The notes beneath the pieces were generated by a model. It was not told the origin of the DNA, ran no database searches, and was given only the letters and a program-made list of their open reading frames with translations. Below are positions 37,763 to 46,398 of a stretch of DNA of 52,936 nt, one piece after another. The translations under genes were made by a program, and so were the position numbers. Origin of the DNA: Escherichia phage JEP7; the sequence record MT764207.1, one strand, 5' to 3'. Position 1 is the first letter of the stretch. The number at the start of each line of letters is the position of its first letter.

Positions 37763-37791
37763 ATTATACACCACTTACATGGGGTAAGTAC
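37763..37791 (-). promoter_or_regulatory. promoter (CTTACC ... GTGGTGTATAAT)
   Basis: minus-strand reading GTACTTACCCCATGTAAGTGGTGTATAAT. Confidence 0.4.
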
Positions 37792-37795
37792 ACTA

Positions 37796-38242
37796 CTATT
37801 TTACACTAACAGCTTGACACGATAGCCGTGACAAACCGAGGTTGGCTATGACACCATCGAGCAATACTCCTGCATGCTCTTCGTTGTATGCTTCTACCCA
37901 CAAAGGGATGGTCACGCCCTTCATATGGTCGCTGTATACGTTGAACGTAAACAATTGTTTGTGTGCTTTGTCAACACGCACAACAGTAAGATTACCATCC
38001 TCTCGTGGCGGAAGCTCAACGCCGTTATTACTCCAGAAGCTACGGAATTCGTCGCTGTTAACAATACCATGCACGACACGTTCTGTAAGTTCTGTTTTGA
38101 GGTCAGCACGTGCCTTTGTACTGATAAAGAAACGACAAGAGAAGAAGGCATTGACGTTTAGCACATCAACAGCATACACAACGTTATGCTCTTCAGTAGT
38201 TGGCGCTTTATAAACAATATATTTAGTCTTGAACAGGTCCAT
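37796..38242 (-). CDS. hypothetical protein
   Basis: ATG 38242 with GGAGAG RBS (track ORF starts at a GTG at 38278). Confidence 0.3.
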   Translation of the reverse strand: MDLFKTKYIVYKAPTTEEHNVVYAVDVLNVNAFFSCRFFISTKARADLKTELTERVVHGIVNSDEFRSFWSNNGVELPPREDGNLTVVRVDKAHKQLFTFNVYSDHMKGVTIPLWVEAYNEEHAGVLLDGVIANLGLSRLSCQAVSVK

Positions 38243-38290
38243 AGTACTCTCCAGGGAGGAAGACTGGCGGGCTTGCACCCGCCTAAGTTA

Positions 38291-39196
38291 TTACAGCAGT
38301 TCTGCTTTCAGCGCAGCGATACCATCGAGCAATGCTTTGATGTCCGGGTTAGATGCCGCCAGGTCAGCAACAACTGACTGACGACGACGTTCCAGCTCTT
38401 TCTCAACTTCCAGGTCGAGTCGTGCTGACGCTTCACGCAGTAAGTCTTCAACCTGCTGACGACGCTGATACTTGTTAAAGTCAGGCACATCAACCAGCCA
38501 TTTGAGAGTTGCAGTGTTATAGCCGGAAGTATTGGCTGCACTTACAGACACAACATCAACGAGCTTGGTACCGTTCAGCTCCGGATAATTAACATTGCGA
38601 ACGTCAACAACTGCTTTGTCACCTACACTTACTTTGCCGATGTACTTGTAAGTGTACACACGACCATTCGGTTCAAACTTAACACCAACAAACTTCAGTT
38701 TGTCGTCTGCAATAACCTCTTCCTCAACTTTGAAGTTGATTGCAGTATTCTTAACAGGTGCAGCCGCTTTGAGCTTAGCAACCATGTACTGTTCGGAATG
38801 AGACGGACGGCACAGACGGAAGACGTCTTCATTGTAGGTCAGCCAGTTACCGGTCTCATCCATGCATGCAATCTGATTAGTGCCATCCAGCGAACGAACG
38901 CCCGGGCGATTCTTCTCAACACGATACAGCTTACCTTCTTTCAGGTTAGCATAAGAACGGCGGGCGATACCCCAGTTGTGTTTTTCAGATTCATACTTAG
39001 CGAAACGGTCAACACTGAAGTTCTGCTTCAGGCCACGGTCGTCGATTACCCATAAGTTATCGTAAGCCCCGCAAAAAGAACCTAGGTTGGCATACACTTT
39101 GCCCTGCGTCAACAGGGAAGTGGTTCCCTCGTCAACACAGATAACAAAACCCAGAGCTTCGTGTGCTTTACCGCTGCGGTCAAATACTGTAGTCAT
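38291..39196 (-). CDS. hypothetical protein
   Basis: 301 aa; AAGGAAAC RBS; coiled-coil C-terminus. Confidence 0.3.
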   Translation of the reverse strand: MTTVFDRSGKAHEALGFVICVDEGTTSLLTQGKVYANLGSFCGAYDNLWVIDDRGLKQNFSVDRFAKYESEKHNWGIARRSYANLKEGKLYRVEKNRPGVRSLDGTNQIACMDETGNWLTYNEDVFRLCRPSHSEQYMVAKLKAAAPVKNTAINFKVEEEVIADDKLKFVGVKFEPNGRVYTYKYIGKVSVGDKAVVDVRNVNYPELNGTKLVDVVSVSAANTSGYNTATLKWLVDVPDFNKYQRRQQVEDLLREASARLDLEVEKELERRRQSVVADLAASNPDIKALLDGIAALKAELL

Positions 39197-39278
39197 TTCT
39201 TGTTTCCTTGTATACCAGTTTAATTGTATGCCAGAGTTATTCCCTGCGCATGTGCTTTATTGCTTAACCGTTAAAGAC

Positions 39279-39307
39279 ATTATATCATTAGCGAGTGGTG
39301 ACGTACA
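39279..39307 (-). promoter_or_regulatory. promoter with extended -10 (TGaTATAAT)
   Basis: minus-strand reading GTGTACGTCACCACTCGCTAATGATATAAT. Confidence 0.4.
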
Positions 39308-39310
39308 CAT

Positions 39311-39601
39311 TTATTTTAAGGCAGAAGTGCAAATAGCATCACACAAACAATAATGAGCACGGTCGTAGTCTTCAAACAAGAACACTTCGCCATTGGCGAC
39401 AACTTCATTACTGTTGACCTGCAGGCTAATACCTGAATGCAGAAGCACATCCATAGCCTGGTCCTTGTTCTTGTACGGGTCCCAAATAAGCTGGAAGCCT
39501 GACCCACAAAGGAGACATCCCTTGAGCTCCGGAAGAGTTGACTCCTTCACGGTCACATTACAAATCTTAGCCAGCTTAGCACGAGAATCGAGAGTACTCA
39601 T
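39311..39601 (-). CDS. hypothetical protein
   Basis: 96 aa; ATG overlaps upstream stop. Confidence 0.3.
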   Translation of the reverse strand: MSTLDSRAKLAKICNVTVKESTLPELKGCLLCGSGFQLIWDPYKNKDQAMDVLLHSGISLQVNSNEVVANGEVFLFEDYDRAHYCLCDAICTSALK

Positions 39602-39876
39602 TTACGTTTGTGTGGAGGTGTATATGTTTTCTTCGGTACGCCGAACATGGCCGCATATGTACCGACTTCTTTCTTTGTTGGCTTATCCACAATCTCGTCA
39701 ATCACGATTAAGTCATGGTTGATATTGCGAAAGACTTCAGCCGCTCTTTTCTCAACAGGAGTAAAGTCAATAACCAGCTCTTTGCCTATCAGGCTTTCTT
39801 TGAACTTGTCAAATAGCCATTTGTCACGCGGACCAGGATTGCCCATAAACATAACACGCATCTGCTTATTGTCCAT
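39598..39876 (-). CDS. hypothetical protein
   Basis: 92 aa basic protein. Confidence 0.3.
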   Translation of the reverse strand: MDNKQMRVMFMGNPGPRDKWLFDKFKESLIGKELVIDFTPVEKRAAEVFRNINHDLIVIDEIVDKPTKKEVGTYAAMFGVPKKTYTPPHKRK

Positions 39877-39944
39877 GGATGATATACCCCGTTATTTGTG
39901 TTGCCAGGTACAAACCGTATACCACACACCCAACTAGTATGGCA

Positions 39945-40244
39945 TCAAGAATAAGATGGGCTATCCTCACGTTTGATCTCCACGTTACGGCTGTTAACAA
40001 CTTCCAGGCTGGTACCATCATTTTTGTGGGTTACACGAATAAATGCAACACCCTCAGCCTGTGCCTGCTCAATAGCTTTATTCAGCACAACATTATCCTG
40101 TACCATATGACGTACGCGAGGAAGGATATTACAAAGAGGTTCCATCTCATCCATTCCTGCAGTACGCATGACGGACTTGAGAATGCCAAGATGATGCTTG
40201 TAACGGTCTTCAAGATTATACTTCTTGCTGTTATCTGATGCCAT
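39945..40244 (-). CDS. hypothetical protein
   Basis: ATG 40244 with GGAG RBS (track ORF starts at a TTG at 40256). Confidence 0.3.
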   Translation of the reverse strand: MASDNSKKYNLEDRYKHHLGILKSVMRTAGMDEMEPLCNILPRVRHMVQDNVVLNKAIEQAQAEGVAFIRVTHKNDGTSLEVVNSRNVEIKREDSPSYS

Positions 40245-40263
40245 GTAAGTCTCCAAAAGTCAA

Positions 40264-40282
40264 GGGGCTTGTGCTAAGCCCC
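40264..40282 (-). terminator. hairpin (possible terminator)
   Basis: GGGGCTT-GTGCT-AAGCCCC stem-loop between genes; minus-strand downstream CTTTTGG. Confidence 0.35.
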
Positions 40283-40288
40283 GTCTAA

Positions 40289-40738
40289 TTACTCGGCTTC
40301 TTCCGTAGCCGCCGGGGTGAATGTTACAGTCGGAATACCAGGCGAGGTCTTCACAACAGGGTCGACGATAGCCAGTTGTTCTGGTGTCAGGTTACGGTAT
40401 GCAGTAACTGACATTTCATACTTGGTTTTAAACAGCTTGGCAACAACAGTCTTCGGTAACTTCTTCATTACATCAGGCACAAGCTTCTGATCAAGTGAGC
40501 GGTTAACCTTCTGCTCAACCTTGAGTTTACCAGGTACGCCATGCATACTGAACTCAACAGTTTGTGTACCTTCTTTACCGCGGTTGATAATCATGTCGCG
40601 TTCAAGACGTGCTTTAATGGTCCGGCGCAACGTCTCCTGGTCAGCTTTCGCTTGTGCCATCCAGCGGTTCAGATTCGCCAGCTTGTCGTACAGCTGTTCC
40701 GTGTCCATCGATTCCAGTTCTTGTGGGTTCAATGCCAT
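40289..40738 (-). CDS. hypothetical protein
   Basis: ATG 40738 with GAGGA RBS; overlaps upstream ORF by about 98 nt. Confidence 0.3.
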   Translation of the reverse strand: MALNPQELESMDTEQLYDKLANLNRWMAQAKADQETLRRTIKARLERDMIINRGKEGTQTVEFSMHGVPGKLKVEQKVNRSLDQKLVPDVMKKLPKTVVAKLFKTKYEMSVTAYRNLTPEQLAIVDPVVKTSPGIPTVTFTPAATEEAE

Positions 40739-41009
40739 CAGTTGTTTCCTCAGGTTGCATGTGCATAGTTGCACCAATTAGTAGACAATAGTTATTGAAC
40801 ATTGTACGTAGTGCCTGGCCCGCAGCAATATCCGTTACGTCTATTATACCACTTTTAGTGGTGACGCGTAAAGCTTTTTCTTTCTTTGTTTTTTCCACGA
40901 ATGCAATGCTGATGATTTCTTCCGCATGGATTACGTGGATGGTACCTGCAAACTCACCAGTCTTAGCTGGCGCCTGGTACACTAACGACATAGACGGTTG
41001 GTTACTCAC
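40641..41009 (-). CDS. hypothetical protein
   Basis: GTG start at 41009 with AGGAG RBS; 3' part overlaps next gene and contains promoter-like sequence. Confidence 0.25.
   Translation of the reverse strand: MSNQPSMSLVYQAPAKTGEFAGTIHVIHAEEIISIAFVEKTKKEKALRVTTKSGIIDVTDIAAGQALRTMFNNYCLLIGATMHMQPEETTDGIEPTRTGIDGHGTAVRQAGESEPLDGTSES
40843..40872 (-). promoter_or_regulatory. promoter with extended -10 (TGgTATAAT) and CCAC/GTGG dyad
   Basis: minus-strand reading CTTTACGCGTCACCACTAAAAGTGGTATAAT. Confidence 0.4.
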
Positions 41010-41019
41010 TTAATTGCTC

Positions 41020-41457
41020 CTATTTGTATAAGTCCATCCAGTTACGATACTCGTCATAAAACCGGTCAAACTCGTTTTTGGTGAGTGCAATAGCAACACC
41101 ATTTACCAGATGCATGGTTCGTGTTTTGATGTTGACATACATGACATTGCTGTACGGGAATAAGCTACCGTCATTGTCAGTAAAATAAGTAGGTGTAATA
41201 TGAAGCGCATCACGCAATGCAACCAGTGATTCAACAGCTTCAGCGTGCCATTCACGTTTGAAGGTCATGCAAGGCGGTGCACCGTCTTCGTCCTGGGTAC
41301 CGCGCAAAGTAAGGTATACAATTTCGGCAGTATCATTGTGTACAATTACGCTAATGTCAACGATGTCGCTGGTACGGAAGGTAACAAAGTGCTCTTCAAT
41401 TACTTGTTCGTCGGTATTAGGGCTGACGCCCTGAAAGGTCTTGAGTGTGTGAAACAT
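41020..41457 (-). CDS. hypothetical protein
   Basis: ATG 41457 with AAGGAG RBS; last gene of the minus-strand replication block. Confidence 0.3.
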   Translation of the reverse strand: MFHTLKTFQGVSPNTDEQVIEEHFVTFRTSDIVDISVIVHNDTAEIVYLTLRGTQDEDGAPPCMTFKREWHAEAVESLVALRDALHITPTYFTDNDGSLFPYSNVMYVNIKTRTMHLVNGVAIALTKNEFDRFYDEYRNWMDLYK

Positions 41458-41550
41458 TGGTTGTATCTCCTTAGCAGAATGTACGTCTATTATGTATATA
41501 AAGGAGGGGAAAGTAAATAGATATAAATGTATAAAATACATAAAAGTCTA

Positions 41551-41580
41551 TTTACTCTGGTTTAATAACGTGTATATAAT
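41551..41580 (+). promoter_or_regulatory. sigma70-like promoter (TTTACT ... TATAAT)
   Basis: in AT-rich divergent intergenic region 41458-41610. Confidence 0.4.
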
Positions 41581-41610
41581 GAGAGCCCCACAAACAAGAG
41601 GAGAGACTCA

Positions 41611-41943
41611 ATGATAAAGCCAAAACTGTTGCGGCATATTCGCAACGGTATTAAGCTACTCGCCGAAGGCAATGAATATGCCTGCAAGCAACGCGGTATT
41701 ACAAAAGTCGGCCTGTTCAATAAAGAGTTACCAACTCGCTACTTTACCAAATCACCACTAACACTCGTACCTGCAGCGGAGTATTATAAAGACCCCGAAG
41801 CAGCCCGGGCTAAAATCAAGGAAGGTCTTGACCGACTTGTAGAGGAAGGCTATTTGACAGTACGTCAACACACTGAATCATCTTATTACTATAAGCCAAC
41901 TTCTAAGGTAACCAGCAATGACAATGACGAGTCAGCCGAGTGA
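41611..41943 (+). CDS. hypothetical protein (possible regulator)
   Basis: 110 aa basic protein with GAGGAGAG RBS, first gene of rightward operon containing primase-helicase. Confidence 0.3.
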   Translation: MIKPKLLRHIRNGIKLLAEGNEYACKQRGITKVGLFNKELPTRYFTKSPLTLVPAAEYYKDPEAARAKIKEGLDRLVEEGYLTVRQHTESSYYYKPTSKVTSNDNDESAE

Positions 41944-44452
41944 TATTCTCGGTCTGAAATACTTTAAGCCAGAAGGGATTCCCCAAGTCTTCAAAGATAT
42001 GAAGCGCTGGGCTATCTTTGAGCTAACGTACGAAGACGAGACTCTTGAAGTTCAATCCAAACCGAAGAAACCTGCAAGAGCGCCATCAGGCCGTTCCTTC
42101 AGCACAACAGTGCCTGAAGAGTGGATGACTTTCGACGACGCCCTGACACGTTGTATTCGCAATCGTGAAATGAAGATTAAAGCTGTACAGGGTAATATCA
42201 CCTTTGTGCCGGCTTTGGTTGTTCCTCGCCAGTGGTACTTTGTTGACCTGGACAACCATGAAGATAACCCAGACATTGAAGCTACCCACAAGGCGATAAT
42301 TGAGGGGACCCGTGGTGCTTATGCCGAGACGTCAATCTCTGGCAAAGGGCAACACATTGCAATCCCTTTACCCTGGACTGCAGCAACATCTAAAGAGAAA
42401 GACGAACAGCTGGACATCAAAATCCAGAAGGCTGAGATGTTCCTGGTAATGACGGGTAACGTGTTGAGTGAGTTCAATGCTAATCCTGTTTCAGCCCGTG
42501 AATGGCATGCAGCAATTGAGAAGTTCTTTCTTGAATCAAGCGCACCTGACATTGATGTTGAGTTTGAGCAAGACGAAGACCGTGGCGAAGAGTATGACAA
42601 AGAGCTGTACGAACAGCTAGCCGACAATACTCGCTGGGCTTTAGAACACTATCTGAATGAGCATGCACCAGACGGTGTTGGTGTGAGTAACGACGGTTCT
42701 GAACGTTTAAGCCGTATCCTAAAAGACTTGCTTCGTGTAACCCGTAACTATGAAGTTACACAACGCATCTTTATGGCCAGCAAAGCTGCAGCATACGAAG
42801 GTCGTCGTCCTAGCCGACATAACTTGTCTGTTGATAAGTACCATCAGTGGTTCAGTCGTGTCGGTAAGACTGTGCTGAAAGAGATGCAACGTGATGGCTT
42901 ATTCGTTAAGACCAAGTTTGCTCTTGACATCAACAAAGAGTTAACCAAGAATTCTGGTGTCTCCCTGGCTGAGAATGTTGAGTTCAAAGTCAACGACGAT
43001 ATTCTGCCATCTGATGTATTCGTCAGGACGGCTCCGTCCGGGTTTAAACGGCTTATTGCTGAGATACAGGATAACATATCTCCTGCTAACAGGGTTAACG
43101 ACTATGCCATCGGCACAGCTCTTAACATCCTGAGCAACTGCGCTGGTCGCAAGTATGTTTGTCCAGTAGGCGGTCATGCTAACTTCCTGGTAACCAACAT
43201 CATTCTTGTGGGTGGTTCATCAATCGGTAAATCGTTGTATACTGAGATGTTCCCACAAATCCAGGCAAGCTTACCTGACACATCGCCTATCAGCCTTAAT
43301 CGTATTCCAAGGGAACAGACTTTTGCAACCAGGACGTTTGCTGAACTGATGTCCAACCCGTCATACCATTCAGTACAGTTGTTCTATCCTGAATTTGGTC
43401 TGGCTTTAGGTTCAGGCTTACGCATGAATCCTAACAACCCGGACAACTTTCAGAAAGCTCTGATGGACGCTTCAACCAAGCGTAAGGTTGGTGGTATACT
43501 GACAGGTATCAAACGTGCTAATGCTGACAATGATGTCAAGACAGTAAGCGAACCGTGTTACTCTATCCTGGGTGACTCCACTCAAGAGCTTATTCTTGAC
43601 AACACCCGGAAGCAAGACTTCTCAAGTGGCTTTTTGCCCCGCTTCCTGTTCATCCCGAACTATGAACGAGCGGAGTTTGCCAAACCTGAGAAGGTAGGAC
43701 GTCGCCAGCAGATTCGCCGTACTCAATTCTCCAAAGAGCTGATTGAGAAGCTGGAAGCAATCGCTTATGTGAATGCTATCCCGCCTAACGGTAAACTAAG
43801 GCATGACCCGATTCCTATTTACGACGAATCGGACGATGATGACTTCCTGTATGAGTACCAGTGCAATATTAATGACATGCGCAAGTATTACAGGGACAAC
43901 GAAGTAGCATCCGCCTTTGTGGGCCGAATGGGTGAGTATGTATTCAACATAGCAGCACTGATTGGCTTACTCGACAACTGGGATGCTCCTGTAATGACCA
44001 GGGACAACATCGAATGGGCTTACAAATATGTTCTTCGTTGTATAACCGCCTGGGTCAATAACACAAGCAGGATAGTCGCACCACCAACTACCAACGCCGA
44101 AGTAGTGGACGGCTTCCTAAAAGTCTACAGGGACATTTTGGCCCTTTACACCAAAAGAGGATGGTCTGGCATTGTCAAGCATTATCCCGAAGGTGTTGTA
44201 AGAAGTATCCGGGAAGAACACCTCCAGATGAATGGTTTAAGCATATATGCTATTCGTCAGTCTTTGAGCTGGTTTAAATCGAATTACGGTTTTAACATCA
44301 CAGCTAATAACAAAGTCATTGACGGTATGCTCCAGGATATGATTGACCAGGACTATTTAGCAGTACAAGTATATAAGCCCACAAGAGGCCGATCTGCTAA
44401 CATTTACTGCCTGACGGAGCGAGGATATGACACTGCTAAGAAGTTAAAATAA
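41918..44452 (+). CDS. DNA primase / SF3 helicase fusion (D5/P4-type)
   Basis: 844 aa; C-terminal Walker A GGSSIGKS in a helicase-like domain; N-terminal region with acidic DxD-like motifs (FVDLDNHED); replication-block position. Confidence 0.65.
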   Translation: MTMTSQPSDILGLKYFKPEGIPQVFKDMKRWAIFELTYEDETLEVQSKPKKPARAPSGRSFSTTVPEEWMTFDDALTRCIRNREMKIKAVQGNITFVPALVVPRQWYFVDLDNHEDNPDIEATHKAIIEGTRGAYAETSISGKGQHIAIPLPWTAATSKEKDEQLDIKIQKAEMFLVMTGNVLSEFNANPVSAREWHAAIEKFFLESSAPDIDVEFEQDEDRGEEYDKELYEQLADNTRWALEHYLNEHAPDGVGVSNDGSERLSRILKDLLRVTRNYEVTQRIFMASKAAAYEGRRPSRHNLSVDKYHQWFSRVGKTVLKEMQRDGLFVKTKFALDINKELTKNSGVSLAENVEFKVNDDILPSDVFVRTAPSGFKRLIAEIQDNISPANRVNDYAIGTALNILSNCAGRKYVCPVGGHANFLVTNIILVGGSSIGKSLYTEMFPQIQASLPDTSPISLNRIPREQTFATRTFAELMSNPSYHSVQLFYPEFGLALGSGLRMNPNNPDNFQKALMDASTKRKVGGILTGIKRANADNDVKTVSEPCYSILGDSTQELILDNTRKQDFSSGFLPRFLFIPNYERAEFAKPEKVGRRQQIRRTQFSKELIEKLEAIAYVNAIPPNGKLRHDPIPIYDESDDDDFLYEYQCNINDMRKYYRDNEVASAFVGRMGEYVFNIAALIGLLDNWDAPVMTRDNIEWAYKYVLRCITAWVNNTSRIVAPPTTNAEVVDGFLKVYRDILALYTKRGWSGIVKHYPEGVVRSIREEHLQMNGLSIYAIRQSLSWFKSNYGFNITANNKVIDGMLQDMIDQDYLAVQVYKPTRGRSANIYCLTERGYDTAKKLK

Positions 44453-44463
44453 GTAAGTAAATC

Positions 44464-44506
44464 AAGGGCTTGGGTAATTGTAAAAATCCTAAGCCCTTAT
44501 TTTTTA
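44464..44506 (+). terminator. rho-independent terminator
   Basis: AAGGGCTTGGG / CCTAAGCCCTT stem with 13-nt loop followed by ATTTTTTAAG directly after primase-helicase stop. Confidence 0.6.
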
Positions 44507-44599
44507 AGCTTATTTTACAAACTGATTAATATTTAAACTATAATTAAATATATGGGCTCTAAGAGTATGATTTTATTACTCTTTTACAAATCATAATAT

Positions 44600-44860
44600 A
44601 TGAGCTCCTTATAAAAGATTAAGGGGGTAAAAAAGGGGGATACAAGTACCGGATAAAGGGGGTATATATTTATTTATTATTATTATTATTATTATATATT
44701 ATTAATTATATTAGAAGTAATAAAAACAGCTACTTAGAGGCGTCTATATGTATGATCCGGTTTATCTCTTTATTAATATCAGAACCGGATGAAAAAAATT
44801 TACGCCGGCGAAAAAAATAAAAAAGCCGGATTGATAAATAAATCTGTAGACGTTTACACT
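44600..44860. repeat. AT-rich iteron/microsatellite region (candidate replication origin or regulatory hub)
   Basis: three AAGGGGG(T/A)A copies (44622, 44634, 44656); (TTA)7 microsatellite about 44676-44697; repeated CCGGAT/ATCCGG/GCCGGC motifs each followed by A-runs. Confidence 0.4.
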
Positions 44861-44882
44861 GTAAAAAAGATGTGCTACAATA
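44854..44882 (+). promoter_or_regulatory. sigma70-like promoter (TTTACA-N17-TACAAT)
   Basis: upstream of gene starting 44936. Confidence 0.45.
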
Positions 44883-44935
44883 TTTATCAATGTTGCTGAT
44901 TACCAAAACTTTGAATTGTATACGAGGCTGAATAA

Positions 44936-45367
44936 ATGGTTAATATAAGACAGAAAGGACAGAACTTTGAGCGTAAAATGGCTAAGAAGTTTAATAGCTC
45001 GTTCGGATTAACTGTTGAGCGCAATCTTCAACAGTCTATTAATGGCGGGGATGACTTGCTGGGTGTGCCGTTTTTCAGTGTTGAACTGAAGAAGCACAAT
45101 ACCAAGTCTATCGGAACATGGTGGAGACAGTGTGCGGCATCGGCAAAGGCTCAGAACAAGATGCCGGTACTGATATACGAACTACCAAGAAAACAGCCTA
45201 CCGTGGTGATGAATAAGGCTGATGTGATTGACTGTTTTCCAAGTGGCACGACTTTTAACGAGGCATCGAACCGCCTCTTTGTGGGTCTAGTAGAATTAAC
45301 ATGGGAACAATTTTGCCGGGTCTACAACTATTACGTTGCGCCCGGCACTCAATATCACGTCAATTAA
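44936..45367 (+). CDS. putative PD-(D/E)XK-type nuclease (Holliday-junction-resolvase-like)
   Basis: 143 aa; motif GGDDLLGVPFFSVELKKH consistent with D...ExK nuclease core; weak call. Confidence 0.3.
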   Translation: MVNIRQKGQNFERKMAKKFNSSFGLTVERNLQQSINGGDDLLGVPFFSVELKKHNTKSIGTWWRQCAASAKAQNKMPVLIYELPRKQPTVVMNKADVIDCFPSGTTFNEASNRLFVGLVELTWEQFCRVYNYYVAPGTQYHVN

Positions 45368-45549
45368 TCTTGTTTCAGCTCGTCACAAATGACACGCTGA
45401 TTTTTGGCAGGGATAATACCAAGATTCAGTAAGGTGTATGGACTATCGGCGGCACATTGTTCAACGGTAGTCCATTCAGTTTTGGATTCAACAATTTTGT
45501 AACTACAATCATGAGTAGCCACACATGTTGCCAGGATTAAGCCAATCAC
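45364..45549 (-). CDS. hypothetical small protein
   Basis: 61 aa, GTG start; hydrophobic N-terminus with LATC lipobox-like motif but no charged n-region. Confidence 0.25.
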   Translation of the reverse strand: MIGLILATCVATHDCSYKIVESKTEWTTVEQCAADSPYTLLNLGIIPAKNQRVICDELKQD

Positions 45550-45725
45550 AAGTAATCGCCTTCAACCAGGAACTCAAACAGTTGGTTGTAAACGTTGCAA
45601 CCTTTAGCGAAAGAGCTTTCAGCAGGTTTACCATCGCGGACGATCATCATATACTCACCGCCATGAATATCAACCCAATATTGCATGCCACCTTTGACCG
45701 TGTTACGTTGTAAGAATTTAAACAT
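45546..45725 (-). CDS. hypothetical small protein (not in ORF track)
   Basis: 59 codons; ATG overlaps upstream stop (TAATG); AAGGAG RBS; translation MFKFLQRNTVKGGMQYWVDIHGGEYMMIVRDGKPAESSFAKGCNVYNQLFEFLVEGDYL. Confidence 0.35.
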   Translation of the reverse strand: MFKFLQRNTVKGGMQYWVDIHGGEYMMIVRDGKPAESSFAKGCNVYNQLFEFLVEGDYL

Positions 45726-45970
45726 TATTTGCTCCTTATTCCAAGTTTATTCAATAACCAAATTGTCATGTCAACCCAGGTTAACGGTACAGTTTTCGGG
45801 GGTTGATAATTCCAGCAGCTTGCAGTTCTTTGTATTTCTGCTTGGCGCCGCTCCGCTTCGCGTAATACCGCATCGTCAGAAGTGCCGGCAGAAAAAAGAT
45901 CGGTAACACCAGATAAATCGCGTTGATTAACACGTCGAGCAATGTCATATAAATCATCCTTAGAAAACAT
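45725..45970 (-). CDS. hypothetical protein
   Basis: 81 aa; start overlaps the 3' end of the 41-codon ORF upstream. Confidence 0.3.
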   Translation of the reverse strand: MFSKDDLYDIARRVNQRDLSGVTDLFSAGTSDDAVLREAERRQAEIQRTASCWNYQPPKTVPLTWVDMTIWLLNKLGIRSK

Positions 45971-46085
45971 AAGCCAATACCATAAGAATTATCAGAAAGA
46001 TCCCAACCAGCTTCCTCATAGCCCGACCTTCAGCATATGCAGGATTCACAACAGAATACTCAACAACATGTTTACATCGGACCAT
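45960..46085 (-). CDS. hypothetical small membrane peptide (not in ORF track)
   Basis: 41 codons; GGAGG RBS 4 nt before ATG; C-terminal hydrophobic helix KLVGIFLIILMVLAYVF. Confidence 0.3.
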   Translation of the reverse strand: MVRCKHVVEYSVVNPAYAEGRAMRKLVGIFLIILMVLAYVF

Positions 46086-46197
46086 AAGGCCTCCACTTGT
46101 GGGTTAATTCAAGCATGAGGACTTTCATCAAATCCTCAGGATTGAATTAATTACCAGCTTTTAATCAAGCCCTGTCAGCGCCAGGACTTGACTAATA

Positions 46198-46398
46198 TCA
46201 CTCTATCATTACCTGAACTACTATTATACACTCTTTATTGAAGCGAGTAAACACTTTTCCACCATTAGTGCGTTTAGCCCCAGATTTTAGAGCTGACTGG
46301 CACCAGATATGCCACTCCTCAACTGTCAAGAATTTTTGCTCAGCTTTGGGTGGCAATCCATGGGCAAGGTCTACCGTCGTAAATTTGACTAGTGGCAT
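46198..46398 (-). CDS. hypothetical protein
   Basis: 66 aa from ATG 46398 (track ORF starts at a GTG at 46401). Confidence 0.3.
   Translation of the reverse strand: MPLVKFTTVDLAHGLPPKAEQKFLTVEEWHIWCQSALKSGAKRTNGGKVFTRFNKECIIVVQVMIE

Noticed and set aside
44676-44697. (TTA)7 tandem repeat considered as a CRISPR-like or tandem array
   Set aside because: Simple trinucleotide microsatellite with no spacers or repeat-spacer periodicity; treated as part of the AT-rich origin-like region.
46072-46138. 18-codon minus-strand ORF with GAGG RBS overlapping the start of the 41-codon ORF
   Set aside because: Too short and overlapping a better-supported ORF; may be a leader peptide but no independent support.
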